Made by a program: the position numbers and the translations under genes. Below are positions 11,442 through 24,055 of a DNA stretch of 64,000 nt, one piece after another (the stretch's first letter is position 1; every line of letters starts with the position of its first letter). Source of the stretch: Utricularia gibba (Eukaryota; Plantae; Magnoliophyta); the NCBI GenBank assembly GCA_002189035.1, contig NEEC01000002.1:6386001-6450000 (forward strand), in the 5' to 3' direction. The notes under the pieces were generated by a model, which did not search any database, had not been told where the DNA came from, and was given only the letters and a program-made list of their open reading frames with translations.

Positions 11442-12653
11442 ATCTTTGTCATCCTCCCTTGTTCTCTTATTTGTTGCTCTGCTTGATCAATCAAAGCAAT
11501 GAGTATTTGAAGGATTACAAATCAATATGTATCTCCAAGAAAGTTTTCAATGCAATTAGCTCAAAGTAGTGACCTATCAGCTTGAGACCATTGAGCCACA
11601 TGCCTATCTAGCCATTCAGAGTTTCCAGTGTTGCTAGGAATCATGCTTCCTGTTATATGAAGCATCTCTCCATCGAAACTGCAGTTCGTACATGTAAACA
11701 TTTCACTTACAGAATTACTGAAAGGTCATCAAAATGAGATACTATGGTCTTGAGTTCTGCTTCAGATATCAACTTGCATTTATAAAAACGACACCTCTTC
11801 ACTTCAAAACGGATGGGGCTTCCAACTTTTATCATGTGCTTCTTGAAAGTCTGGCTAATGAACGCATGCTTGGAATTTCTTTCCTGTCCACGTTTCTGCA
11901 GAGGTATACAAAAAAAAAAAAAATGAATCACCAGCCATCTTTGTTCAAGAATCTGAAACTTTGACTCGAGAGGGCTTCGTCTGTATAAGCCTACCTTCTT
12001 TACAATGCAATGCTTAAGATCCTCCCGAATGTCTTCATCTAAAATAGATGCCCAGGCAAACCCAAGAACTTCGGCACAAACTGCTGAGCGTGTAACCTTA
12101 ACTACCTTGCCCTCTGTCAAATATTAAAGCTTGAGAATCAAACACTGATTTTCGCCCAACAACTAACATAAATCTTTTCCTTCACATCCAAAACCTTTGC
12201 CCTAAGTTCTCGGAGGAAGCTAAAAAGGAAAACTGCTATGCTACCTAGCAGCATGCCAGAAGTTGGATTGAAAACAACAAATTTAGCTTTCAATCTCACG
12301 CCAAAGTATGGTTCAACTCCCGGAAGAATCTTAGCTAGTTTACTGCAACAAACGGGATCGTAAGCCAAAATTACTCCCTCCAGAATCTCATTATACCTGC
12401 AAAAAGGACGGAAGGAGCATTCAAGCACTCCACAAACGCCAAATTCATCGCCACAATCTCCAACTGGAACTAACAACATACACAACAAAGAATAGTTGAC
12501 TTAAAAGCAAAACAGCCGCAAGCAAGGCGATGCGAGTGCTTACGTAAACATGATGGAGGTTAACTCGCCATGGATGGCATCATTCACACAATTGGCTTTC
12601 GAAGGATGCAAATAAACCACTAGATTAGCTTCGCATTCTTTCGAACCTTCCAT
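11391..12653 (-). CDS. RPA43: RNA polymerase I subunit RPA43-like (Rpb7-like), 6 exons
   Basis: Spliced peptides MEGSKECEANLVVYLHPSK, YNEILEGVILAYD, PYFGVRLKAKFVVFNP, EGKVVKV, HMIKVGSPIRFEVK and SFDGEMLHITGSM; canonical splice sites; basic tail KRKRVQD*. Confidence 0.85.
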
Positions 12654-12736
12654 CCACGGTCGTCCGTCGGAACTCGAATCACCGAACTCCGTCCAGCAAC
12701 CGAATGATGAACGTGTGTTACAGACATCTACAAAGA

Positions 12737-12838
12737 AAACCCTAAATCAATGAAATTGGGTATGTGGGCTTGGACGAGATATTCAAATCTTGGGCTGCGG
12801 TTTCTTCCCCATAGCAACGCCAAGCCTGGTTCTGGGCC
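12737..12838. promoter_or_regulatory. Telo-box (AAACCCTAA) plus three site II (TGGGCY) elements, RPA43 promoter
   Basis: AAACCCTAA at 12737 and TGGGCY at about 12765, 12791 and 12833; this combination is typical of plant ribosome-biogenesis and translation genes. Confidence 0.7.
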
Positions 12839-12947
12839 CAAACGTTCCATAAAAAGAAAGAAATAGACGGTCCTAATAGCATAACCGTCAAGCATTACGA
12901 TTTTCCAAATGTAGAATGTTTTACTACCTCAAATACGTATGTAATAA

Positions 12948-13132
12948 GAGTGTGTTTAGTACATGGATAAATTATACTAGAAAAAAGAGGGATATATCAT
13001 AGTATAATTTTATTCCAACTCCCCCTTCCATTATTTTATTTTATATTCATAGTATAATTTATTTCATATATCAAATATTTGTTCATTTTTCTATTTAAAT
13101 ATCTTCCTTTATACTTTCTACCAAATATATCC
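12948..13132. mobile_element. Tourist/PIF-Harbinger-like MITE
   Basis: 14-bp imperfect TIRs GAGTGTGTTTAGTA / TACCAAATATATCC (mismatches all transitions), flanked on both sides by TAA. Confidence 0.5.
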
Positions 13133-16100
13133 TAAACATATTTTTTAATATACACATATAATTTGTAAAAACATAGGTAACGTTTGGAAACCACTTCCTT
13201 TATACTAAATTCAACTCTATTATCGTAGATTTGATTCTATCTTTTAAATGTATATTTGATTTTGTTTTATGAAAATTGATTTTTAAGAATTAGTTCAATT
13301 TTATGATAATCATAAATGAGTACCTAAACCCTAAAGCTTCTCACATAAAGAAATAAATTTATTATTATACTTATTTATTAATAAAAATATTATAATTAAT
13401 ACTACTTCTAAAATAAATACTAATTTGTATTCTTTTTTATCAAAATATCTATATGGACTATTATTCTACAAATTGTCAATCGACAACACAAATCAATGTA
13501 TAAAGTATAATTATAACTAATAATGGATAAATATGTCATTTATTTACAAAAATCAGATTTTAGTTTTTTAGAATTCAAACATTCGTTAATTATGTCATAA
13601 TTATTTTTTTAAAAAAATTTAAATATACATCAATTCTAAAATTTTATATTCTATTAAAATTAATTTTGAATTGAATTTTCCAAACTTAGGTTTAATATAA
13701 AAAAAATTGTATTCTCATAACTAGAAGTTAGTTTGAGATATGATAAGCATATTTACAATTTTCCATGTGGAATCATTTTTGTAGCAATTTTAGGGTAGGG
13801 TTCATGTGTGTAACATGAGGATCAAAAGTATAGGGTGTGATCTTTAACATTTAGTTGGTCGGTTTAGATGCCAACAATTTCCTTGTACTCTCATGTTATG
13901 TTTCCTTTTTCATTTGTCATGCTTATTACCCATCAAACGTGGTCCCCACTCCTGCTTCCTCTACTCATCATGCCCCGAATCCAATATTAAAAAAAAAAAA
14001 AACAAATCGAATTTCCAAATTTTAAAGAATCAGTCTAAATCCACAGTTTTAAAAATAAAAGAAATAGTTTATGAGTAAATAAAGTGTTAAATCAGATATG
14101 GAATTAATAAAAAATGTTTGTGTCGATATTAAATCGTAAAAACCAAATAACGAAACAAAAACGTTCAATTGAACTTGGCTTAATCTAAATCCAATACATC
14201 TTACTTGTGAGGGCTTGTGCAAGGAAGGGTGAAAATAATTTAGATGAATATTACATCGATTATAAATACAGAAGAATATGAAATTAATCAGAATAATCAT
14301 ATAAATTTTAATTACTACAAAATCCAAATTAAATATATTTGATTTGAAATATTTCTAGAATAAAAATAACGTAAAATCATGAAATTTGAATTCGTCTGGT
14401 ATGCTTGCCATAGAAACAAGTTCTCCGTAGTGGAAAGTTCAGATGTGAATCTGATATGGGGAAGCTGGTCCTGGGTTAGAATTCACCCCAGGTGAAAAAT
14501 CAATCTGTGCGGTGGATTCCAATTCCATTACTGGGACTGGGAGCAACACCTGCTCCGTGCTGCTCGTCACTCGCCCCACTTGATGGCAGTTAGAGGCCCA
14601 TCACCGCCCCATACAAAAGTTTAAAGTTACTTCAACCGGCGGTGGGGAGATCTCCGCCGTCGGATCCAGGGGAGCTTTGGCGATGCGATGCTACTCGAGT
14701 GCAATCTGCATGCGCGCCCGGCCGCAGGGACCGCACCCGGGTCAAGATTCCTCCCGTTTTCAGGTGCCGTACACCCATCACTTTCATTTTCATTTCCTCC
14801 TAAAAAAAAATTAATATTCTGTAATTCTAATTCTAAATTTTCGAAAATGAATACCATGAATACTCACTCATCCAAATCCATACATCAATCCAAGCTTTGT
14901 GTAATCAGTTCATGGGTCGGGTTTGCTCCAATACCAACAAGAATCGAAACCGAATTTGATTAAAGTTTTGTATAATCAGTTCCCATTTAGAATTGGATTG
15001 GAATTGACAATGATAAAAAATTGATTATCGAATCGACTCGGGATATATATATTTTTCCAATTCTGCTCTAGTACCTAAACATTATCGATTTTAAATCTCA
15101 ATTGTGTATCCTTATATTAATTTTGCATAATCAATTTCAAATAATATACATATTTGTTTATAAAAATATATTATTTTGGTACCCATCACTCAATAGATAT
15201 TATATAGAATTATTTGAATCCTTTTGAGTAATACGCTTTCTAAAATTTAAAACTCAAATTCAGTACTTACAAATTTTTAACTATTTTATTAATTATCTAT
15301 TTTAAATTTAATAATTGTTAAACAGTCTTTGTTCTAGTCGATTTTGAATAGTACGCGATCCACAAAGATACTTAGTTATATATATTTCAAAATATTGTGA
15401 AGCGAAGTTCGATATTTTACTATTGATAAATTATGTATCGAAATATATATCTTTTATTCAAAGAGTAACATGGTTTTGGAATTGTAAACCACTATTACAC
15501 AAATTAACTACTGAAGTCACTATTAGGAGAATGTTTAGTTTACAGAATAAGATAAAAAGGAGTTTAATTTGTAATATACTTTTTGTTTACTATTTAGTTG
15601 GTGGGATTAGAATTAACTTCTGACGTCACTATTTAGTTGGTCGTAAGTGAAGTAATAATATATGTAGTTTAAAATAAATTTATATATATAGTATTAAAAA
15701 AGCTCACTTAATTTTAAATTTATTAATAAAATAATTTATCAAAATTGTATATAAATCCAAATGATTTTGAAAAGTAACTATACTATTGTTACTGTGTGTG
15801 TAAAATAATCATCATATGTGTAAAATTTTGATCTTAGTATATAATAAAAAATGTTAAGATGATTAATTTTTAGAAATATCTATATAAATCACCCCTAGCG
15901 TAATAGTGCATGCTCATGCAAGTAAAACAAAGAAAAAGGAAAAAAAAGAGGTAATTTAATGATTAGATTAAGGTATGCATGATGTGACATACATAATTAA
16001 TTATATGGTTTTGGAGGTGTAGATATCCAATAACCAGTCCATAATGAAGAAATAATTCACCCCAAAATAACCCCTCTACCGCCTACGCGTATTTACTGCC

Positions 16101-17457
16101 CCATTTACTGCACCCGCAGTAAAAGTAAATTATTGCTTCTGGTTTGAGTGAAAATTAATTCCCCCGTATAATAATATATTTATTTATTGACGCCTCCTGT
16201 TTTTAATACCGCCTTGCTATGCTATTCCGCTTTCCCATTTCCTTTTTTTTTTAAATATAATAATATTATAAAAGCCTTAACAGGAAAGCCCACTGGACTG
16301 GACCACCCTATTCGCTTGGGCCTGTGGGCCCGCTGCGAGTATTTGGTTAAAATTATATTAATAAAATAATTATCAAATGTTTTTTTTAAAAAAATTATAC
16401 ATTCCAAATTGAATTTATGAAAAATTGAAAATGGAATGAAATATGATGAGAAATAATTTCTCTTCATGAAATATACATTTATAAAACTGAGACCAGGGTC
16501 TAATTACAATATATTACATTGATTACGAACAGAGTAATAAACATGATTAAATAAAAGAATATTCATAATTTTATATGAGACATTTTGTCATTGATATTAG
16601 ATAATGTAAAATATAAAACAATATGGTGCAACATAAAAGTAAATAATGACATTATAATGTTATATATATATTCTAATTTTTACGGTTTTATATTTTTTAC
16701 TTTTAAAGAAAAATAATTTTGAATATCAAGTTTTTCATTTTAATGTGTGTTAAAAATGGGAATTTTTTATAATTATTTTTTTAATGATATTAATAGAAGT
16801 AGTTTAATGTTTTTATTTTCGAAATACAAAAAAAATATTTACATGGTGGAGTGTTTGGGTAAATAAAAGTCGAAGGGTGACATCATCGTTGGAAAAGTAC
16901 ATGCTTTTCCTTTACTGCCCCTGGGTTCACTGTCGTTTTGCAGAAGCAGACTGACCAAACTGACCTTGCCTCCATTTGTTTATTCGAAATCCAGAAAAAA
17001 AAAATGAATATATTGCAGGCTGGGGATTGGCGTCGGGTGGTTTCGTCTTCCCCATTTGATTTTGATGCAGAACCACCACTTGTTTCTGCAAACGCATTTT
17101 ATATTCTCGTTGTACGTTATATTTATTCATTTATTTATTGATATGATACTCCTTGAAAATGGTGTGCCCATGGGACAAAACCTAGAAAAGTGCTTCATTA
17201 TCATCGTGCATGGTGTTGATTTTTAAAGTTTTAAACGAAGTTGATGCGGATATCCATTTTCATTGAAGTGGATGATTATTTGTTTTGTGTACTTGGTGGG
17301 AAGAATGGGAATTTGATGGGGAATATTGATCGGTATCAATAATTTTCCAGCCTAAAGTAGGGTAATAACTTGGTAGATTCATTTCATGGCGTGCATTCCT
17401 ACTATCTTCTTTCAATTTGATTGACATACGTACCAAAGACTGCATTTTTGTTTGAAT

Positions 17458-18326
17458 ATGAATAACGGGGTTTCAGTTTTCTTGACGGAAAGATTCGTTT
17501 TTCTTTTGGTTTCAGCAGTTTATTGGTGTACGAGGCACTGTGCCGAGACCACTCACCCAGAGATTTTTTATTTTGTGTAATCAATGGACTGGGAACTGTT
17601 GAAGATGACTGTTTCGTGCGGGAAAGAAAATATGATGGGCAGGGGATGGGGGTTTTTATACAGTCACCCTATATTTACTTCCTCACCCCACAGAAGTGCT
17701 ATGCAACGGGATGCTACTGTTTAGCAGCTGAGTTTGGGAGCATGCACATTTTTTGGTGTGAAATGGGTTGTTGGCTGTTAGTGTAAGTTACTCGGAAACA
17801 AGTGTTTTGGGGGTTGCTGTTGTAGTCTGTGTTAGCAATTGAAAGGTCGTTTTCTTTTGTGCAGAGATAAAAGATGTGGGAAAAAGAGCGGAGCACTTGA
17901 TAATCCGACCACTCACTTCTGGTCCTCGCGTGCGTTGATGCTGAGAAAAATACTGGCTCCCCTCTTCATTACGTTGTGTGTCATGTGTGTGTATTTTTGG
18001 GTTTTTAACTTTACCCCATCTTTCATGTTGATGGGTTCTCATTGAAACAAGAGTGGAACCCCACATAGATTTTTCAGTGGCTTTCTTTTCCTTGTTGCAG
18101 TGTGTTTGTTGTTCATTGGTTCTGGATTTATAGGGCATGGTCTGTATGATAGGTTCCTCTCATACTCTACGAGATTCTCTGAAACCGTCCTGGCTTTATT
18201 TATTTGTTTTGCCTGTGGAACTGGGTAACTTCTTGAAGGCCCGAATCCTTTTCCATGGCTGAAAGAGAAACCACTTCTCCTTGTATGAAAAAACTTGTTT
18301 CTGAGTGCAACAACGGCAACCAATGA
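17458..18326 (+). promoter_or_regulatory. uORF-rich region upstream of ARF5
   Basis: ATG-initiated short ORFs at 17458-17580, 17584-17724, 17938-18045, from about 18136, and from about 18255 to 18326; inclusion in the mature transcript is not verified. Confidence 0.5.
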
Positions 18327-18357
18327 TCAGCCATTGAGTGCTCTTCTGCTAAAATCC

Positions 18358-21300
18358 ATGGCATCCGTTGAGGAAAGAGTGAAACCAGTTGGCTTTGTTG
18401 GCGGTGGATGTAATTTGCTTGAGGGAATGAAGTTGCTGAAGGAAATGCAGGAGCATACTGGTGAGATTGACAGTTTCTTGTTCACAATGTCCTCGTTGTT
18501 TCAGTTCACTTTTAGATTTAAACGGTGTTTTTTTCTTATTGCTGCAGTTCCTCGGAAGCCAATAAATTCAGAGCTTTGGCATGCTTGCGCCGGCCCACTG
18601 GTAACTCTTCCTCAAGTTGGAAGCCTTGTCTACTATTTCCCACAAGGTCACAGTGAGCAGGTAACCAGTGTTCTTTCTTCTTTTCAACATAAGAATTGTC
18701 TTTCACTGGGTGCAGTTGATTACTGGTTAATTTTTTTGGGCTCATTGCTGGAAATTCTTTGTAATTTGAAGGAGTTTCATATGCTTTTTTACAGGTTGCA
18801 GTCTCTACTAACAAAGCAGCTACAACACAGATACCCAAGTATCCCAATCTCCCCCTCAGTTGCTGTGCCAAGTGCACAATGTCACACTCCATGTATGCTG
18901 CCGCATTTTGCTTTCTTTGGGTTGAATCGAAGTTTTTCAACAGTGATTCTGTGTTGGGCTGATGTGCTTCCTGGTTTTGCAACCTGTAGGGAGACAAGGA
19001 CACAGATGAAATCTATGCTCAAATAAGCCTGCAACCTGTTAATTCTGTAAGCATAGCTGCACATTTTCATATTACCATTGATGTGATTGACTTTGATCTG
19101 TGTTTTTTGGGCTTCAGGATAAAGATGTCGTTCCAATACCCGACTTTGGGATGAAGTCTTGCAAGCATCCAACAGAATTTTTCTGCAAGACCTTGACTGC
19201 CAGTGATACAAGCACTCATGGTGGCTTCTCCGTACCACGCAGAGCAGCAGAGAAACTCTTTCCACTACTGGTCTGGATACGATCACTAAGGCTCAGCTCT
19301 TTTGACTTTCTTGGTTTTGAGATAATCTCCACTCATATTCTTGAGATATCTTTGTAGGATTACTCCATGCAACCTCCAACTCAAGAACTTATTGTCCGTG
19401 ATCTACATGATAATAACTGGACCTTTCGCCATATATACCGGGGTTAGCCGTTTGGATCCTTCAGTGTTGATTCTCTAGAGAACAAATCTGTGCTTCCCCA
19501 GTGTCTGCTCCTGAATCTTACCTTGTTATCTTTTTCGTATTCAGGGCAGCCTAAAAGGCACTTACTCACAACCGGTTGGAGTATGTTTGTTGGTGCAAAG
19601 AGGCTCAGAGCTGGTGATTCGATTCTCTTTGTCAGGTAGATCTACACGCTTCTTAAACTTCTAAGAATTCATGCTTTGAACCCTGTCTCGAATCTATGCA
19701 GAGATGAAAAGTCACAGCTTTTACTTGGAGTTAGGCGAGCTAATCGTCAGCAAGCAACCTTGCCCTCTTCAGTTTTGTCCACGGACAGCATGCACATAGG
19801 AATCCTTGCTGCAGCTGCGCATGCTGCTGCTAATCGAAGTCCATTCACAATCTTCTACAATCCCAGGTTTCTTCACTTTGAGTGCTGGTTGATATATTCA
19901 TCATGTCTGAAGTAGAACAAGCAGATGATTTGACTCTTTATTCCATGTACATTGCAGGGCATGCTCTTCAGAGTTTGTCATTCCGTTGGCCAAATACCGG
20001 AAAGCAGTTTACAGTACCCAGCTTTCTGTTGGCATGAGGTTTGGTATGATGTTCGAAACTGAAGAATCAAATAAAAGGAGGTAACCTTGAGTTTCATTTG
20101 CCAAGGATCAGATATGTTCACTTGAAATCTGCTTGTAATGTCTTCTCTAATATATACTCAGATATATGGGCACAATCACTGGTATATCTGACTTGGATCC
20201 TTTGAGATGGCCGAATTCAAAGTGGCGGTGTCTTCAGGTACTAAACATTGAAACAAAGACAAAAACTTGCGGCATACTTGAAGTTCTTCAGACACTGTGA
20301 TTAACTTTGTGCCATTATGATCACAGGTGGAGTGGGATGAGCCTGGCTGTGGGACAAAAGAAATAGAGTTAGTCCTTGGGAGATCGAAACACCTGAAAGT
20401 CTCTTCATTTTCCCTTCTCTAGCTGCAAATATGAAACGCCCCTTCCACTCTGCATTCATGGGTACTTCACTTCCTCTGAGAAGATAGATCTTCCTTATGG
20501 CATCATGAGATTGATTTTTCCTCATCCAGGGGCACCAACAGAATGGGATTCTCTGATGAATAGGCAGTTCCTCCGAGTATCTGATGGTTCACCGGCCACT
20601 TTTCAATGTCCCACAATTCCTGGGATGTGGCCAGATCATCTAAGGAGTATTTTCGTACAACCTCACAACAGATTAACCTCCACCACAGGCTGCATTGTAC
20701 CTGCTATGCAAGATGCTGTGGATCCAGTGTTTCAAGAAGTGAAACCTCTGCAACCAGTAGGCAGACAGAAGCTCGATGCCACAGTTTTCCGAGGAGATGA
20801 AGGTGATCCTGCCACAGATTCAAGTGTGATCTTGGATGGAAAAGAAGATAGAGCTGGAAGCCATGCCTATTTTGGAACTGGTACTAAGTTGTGCGCACCG
20901 GAAAGTGCACTGGGTGCGGAGCCGTTTCCATCACCAGGAGGGTCATCGGAGAAAGTCCAATGCTCTGTCAGCAATTTGGGAAATGTGGAAGAGGATAGCA
21001 GCCTGTCAGCTCAGCAAGCAAGTGTATGGATTGAAGCTCAACCTGTTAATCCATCCCAACTGGAGTCTCCTGTCCCTAATCCCCTGCCTCAGTACTCAGG
21101 ACAGATTGATTTAGTGTCATGCCCTCCGATATGTGACACAGTTGGATCTCTTCGAAATCCAGGCTCTCTGTGCATGGTTCGAAAATTTGACAACCATTCT
21201 GAATCATCAGCCGACCCCTACTTTCCTCTGCCACCTGAAAGCCAAGAGCTATGGGATGCTCAAATAAACAGCACAAAATGCACAGACATTCCAGCAGTGA

Positions 21301-22170
21301 TGTCACAACACAGCATTTTGAACTTGCCTTATACCTTATGTGGTCTGAAAGGCTTCAACGGTGAGAACAATAACCAGGGAGACATCTACAGTTATCTAAA
21401 TGGTGATGGTAGTAACAGTGGAAGCACAGTGGTTGATCCATCAGTATCCACCGTGGTGTTGGATGACTTTTTTGCTTTAAAGAAGAGCGATTTTCAGAGC
21501 CCCTGTGATTATATCATAGGGAACATGTCAGCCAACCAGGATGTTCAGTCACAAATTACATCAGCTAGCTTAGCAGATTCACAGGGCTTCTCCATACAAG
21601 AATTTGCAGATAACTCAGGCGGAACATCATCCAGCAATGCTGATTTAGATGACAGGAACATGTTGCAATGGAATCAAGTTCCTCCAAGGTTCCGAACATA
21701 CACCAAGGTACATTCCTAAAACCTACCCTGTACGCACTTTCTGTTCTATGTGATTTCAGTGAGTATTCTTTTGCAGATACAAAAGGCTGGATCTGTTGGA
21801 AGGTCCATTGATGTTTCAGGATTCAAGAACTACGACGAGCTACGCTTAGAAATCGAGCGCATGTTTGGCCTTGGGGGCCTGCTGAATGATCTGGGGTCTG
21901 GATGGAAGCTGGTTTATGTGGACTATGAAAATGATGTTCTTCTTGTTGGAGATGATCCATGGGAGTAAGTATTCTGTCCTAGATCACCCCCAATTACTTA
22001 TTTGACAAATCTACTTACAATACACCCATCGCCATTGCAGAGAATTCGTGGGCTGCGCAAAGTGTATCAGAATTCTTTCTCCACCAGAAGTGAAGCAGAT
22101 GGGTGAAGAGGGAATGCAGCTCCTGAACTCTGTTGGTATTCAAGGCATCGATGGCTCCAATTCTAGCTGA
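18358..22170 (+). CDS. ARF5: Auxin response factor 5 / MONOPTEROS ortholog, about 14 exons (B3 DBD, ARF domain, PB1); two apparent -1 frameshifts (about 18851 and 20351)
   Basis: [123 protein letters not shown]. Confidence 0.95.
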
Positions 22171-22440
22171 GGCTGGATTATGGATTTGTTGCTACATCAC
22201 CCTCATTTCCAGTTACTTTCATGGTGACTGACAGCTACCTAGTTGACATATCTGATCCTATATGCATCTTTGATGAGCACCATGATGGTTTATTGATGTA
22301 TCTTTAGTAAAACAGCTTATCTCTTAGTAGTTGTACTGCAGGAGAGACATGCACAAAGACCATGTTCATTGTCTCCTGTCCTACAAATCACAGCACAAAA
22401 TTTGGAATGAATAATCATTCAAGAGGAGGAAGAATTTGAT

Positions 22441-23667
22441 CTATACCCTGACAGGTTTCTGCAGAACAGCAGATAAGTAAACCGGCGACTTCCCTGAGCC
22501 AGTGCTCTTCTCCCATTTAATCTTCTTGTACCCAAATCGTTCAATCAAAAGAGTTAAACCACCTTGCGCCTTCTCATCATCATTCTCACACAGGAAGTTG
22601 TCCATCCAAAACAAACCACCCCCTCTGAGCACACGGTCGATATCAAACAGCAGAAACTCCAATTTCTCGGATCTACCTCTGATATCCATTGCGTTCGCAG
22701 CATGAACCAAATCGAACACGTTATCGTAAAATGGGAACCTTTGATCAATGCTCACATACAAAGGGAACACACCCCTTGCAGCAATGAAGTCACTGAATGG
22801 AGCATCCACATTCAAAGTTGCAGTAACTATAGTGACATTTTTCTCAGCCATTCGTGCAGCAAAAGTCCCGGAGCCACCACCAATATCAAGCCCTGTTCTT
22901 ATTCCCCCATCTCCCAATTGCAACACATCATCAATCAGGAAATCGTTCCTGCTTCTGGCCCTGAGGTATCTAATTGTTTCATAGCCCTTTGTGATGTCAA
23001 AACAGCCAGAGCAATCCTTGCTCACTTTTTTACCATTCAGACAGGCAAGACTCTTGCATCCTAAACCACTCCAACTATAAATCTTTTCACTAACAACACT
23101 CCAAAGTGAATCAGGAAAGTGCTGCAAACCCACCTTAGAAACTGTTCTTGCAAAGCATCTCCTACGAGGCAAAGGCTCGCATCCTTTGAGTATCAGCTTC
23201 TGGGCAAGAATCCAGTCATCAGGGCACAATCCATTAACTTTGTAAATCATGAATTGGGATAACATTTCCAAAGATTTCACACAAGAATGTCCAATGGACG
23301 CAACCATTTCAGTGATCCCAGTTTTCGAATCCTTACCCAGAGGAAGTCGACGCGTAGTCAGAAACTCTTTGAGCTCGTTCGCCACATTGGGTTTCGAAAA
23401 ATTGATGCCTTCATAACCCAAGACGTCTTTCTCAATCTGGGTAAGCTTCTTTTGGGAAGACTCGATCTCTTTGAGAATAAGGCTGATTTTCTCTGAAATG
23501 ACCGAAATGTTTCTGGGACTCCTGGAATGGTACGTGAATGCGTACAAAGCGAAAACGTTGGTGGTGACTACCGAGAATATCATGAGAAGATTCACGGAGG
23601 ATGCACACAGCGACGGCTTCTTGAATCTCGCGGTTCCATCTCCGATTTTGAGATTTACAGAACCCAT
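22441..23667 (-). CDS. SAM-dependent methyltransferase (Methyltransf_29-related, type II membrane protein), 408 aa, intronless
   Basis: N-terminal TM segment; CPDDWILAQKLILKGCEPLPRRRC; LDIGGGSGTFAARM SAM-binding motif; FDIDRVLRGGGLFW. Confidence 0.93.
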   Translation of the reverse strand: MGSVNLKIGDGTARFKKPSLCASSVNLLMIFSVVTTNVFALYAFTYHSRSPRNISVISEKISLILKEIESSQKKLTQIEKDVLGYEGINFSKPNVANELKEFLTTRRLPLGKDSKTGITEMVASIGHSCVKSLEMLSQFMIYKVNGLCPDDWILAQKLILKGCEPLPRRRCFARTVSKVGLQHFPDSLWSVVSEKIYSWSGLGCKSLACLNGKKVSKDCSGCFDITKGYETIRYLRARSRNDFLIDDVLQLGDGGIRTGLDIGGGSGTFAARMAEKNVTIVTATLNVDAPFSDFIAARGVFPLYVSIDQRFPFYDNVFDLVHAANAMDIRGRSEKLEFLLFDIDRVLRGGGLFWMDNFLCENDDEKAQGGLTLLIERFGYKKIKWEKSTGSGKSPVYLSAVLQKPVRV

Positions 23668-24055
23668 TTCTCTGGTGATGGTTTGCTTCTAAGTGAGAAT
23701 CAGGGCCAATCGGGAACAAGCAGCAGAGTACATGAGAGAAGAAGAACGCCTCACCCCCAGGCTCAGCCCCACCAACACGAGTACGGTCAGTGCTGGAATG
23801 TCACTCCCAACCACACCAATCACACATCCTGAACATGTCGTTGTCACCATTTATGAGCTTTGACTCATGTCTTTTACCTAACAAAAAATAAATAAATATA
23901 TACATGTGACAAAACAACGACAAACAAGCATAAGGTGGAGAATTCCTTGAACATGGAGAAGCAAATGGGAAATGATTCCCCATGCCAAGATAAAGGGCAA
24001 AAGAAGCAGAGAAAATGAATCATGAAATCATCAGCCACGATCCTCAACAAAACAG

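Noticed and set aside
11057-11494. 145-aa ORF with an internal repeat
   Set aside because: It is an alternative frame over the RPA43 last exon and its duplicated 3' UTR segment, not a separate gene.
13324-13335. CTAAACCCTAAA, a possible telomerase RNA template or telomere tract
   Set aside because: Under two repeat units in AT-rich DNA, with no USE/TATA Pol III promoter nearby.
18295-19026. 243-aa ORF as a single-exon ARF N-terminus
   Set aside because: It starts at a non-ATG codon and runs through introns; the real start is ATG 18358 with spliced exons.
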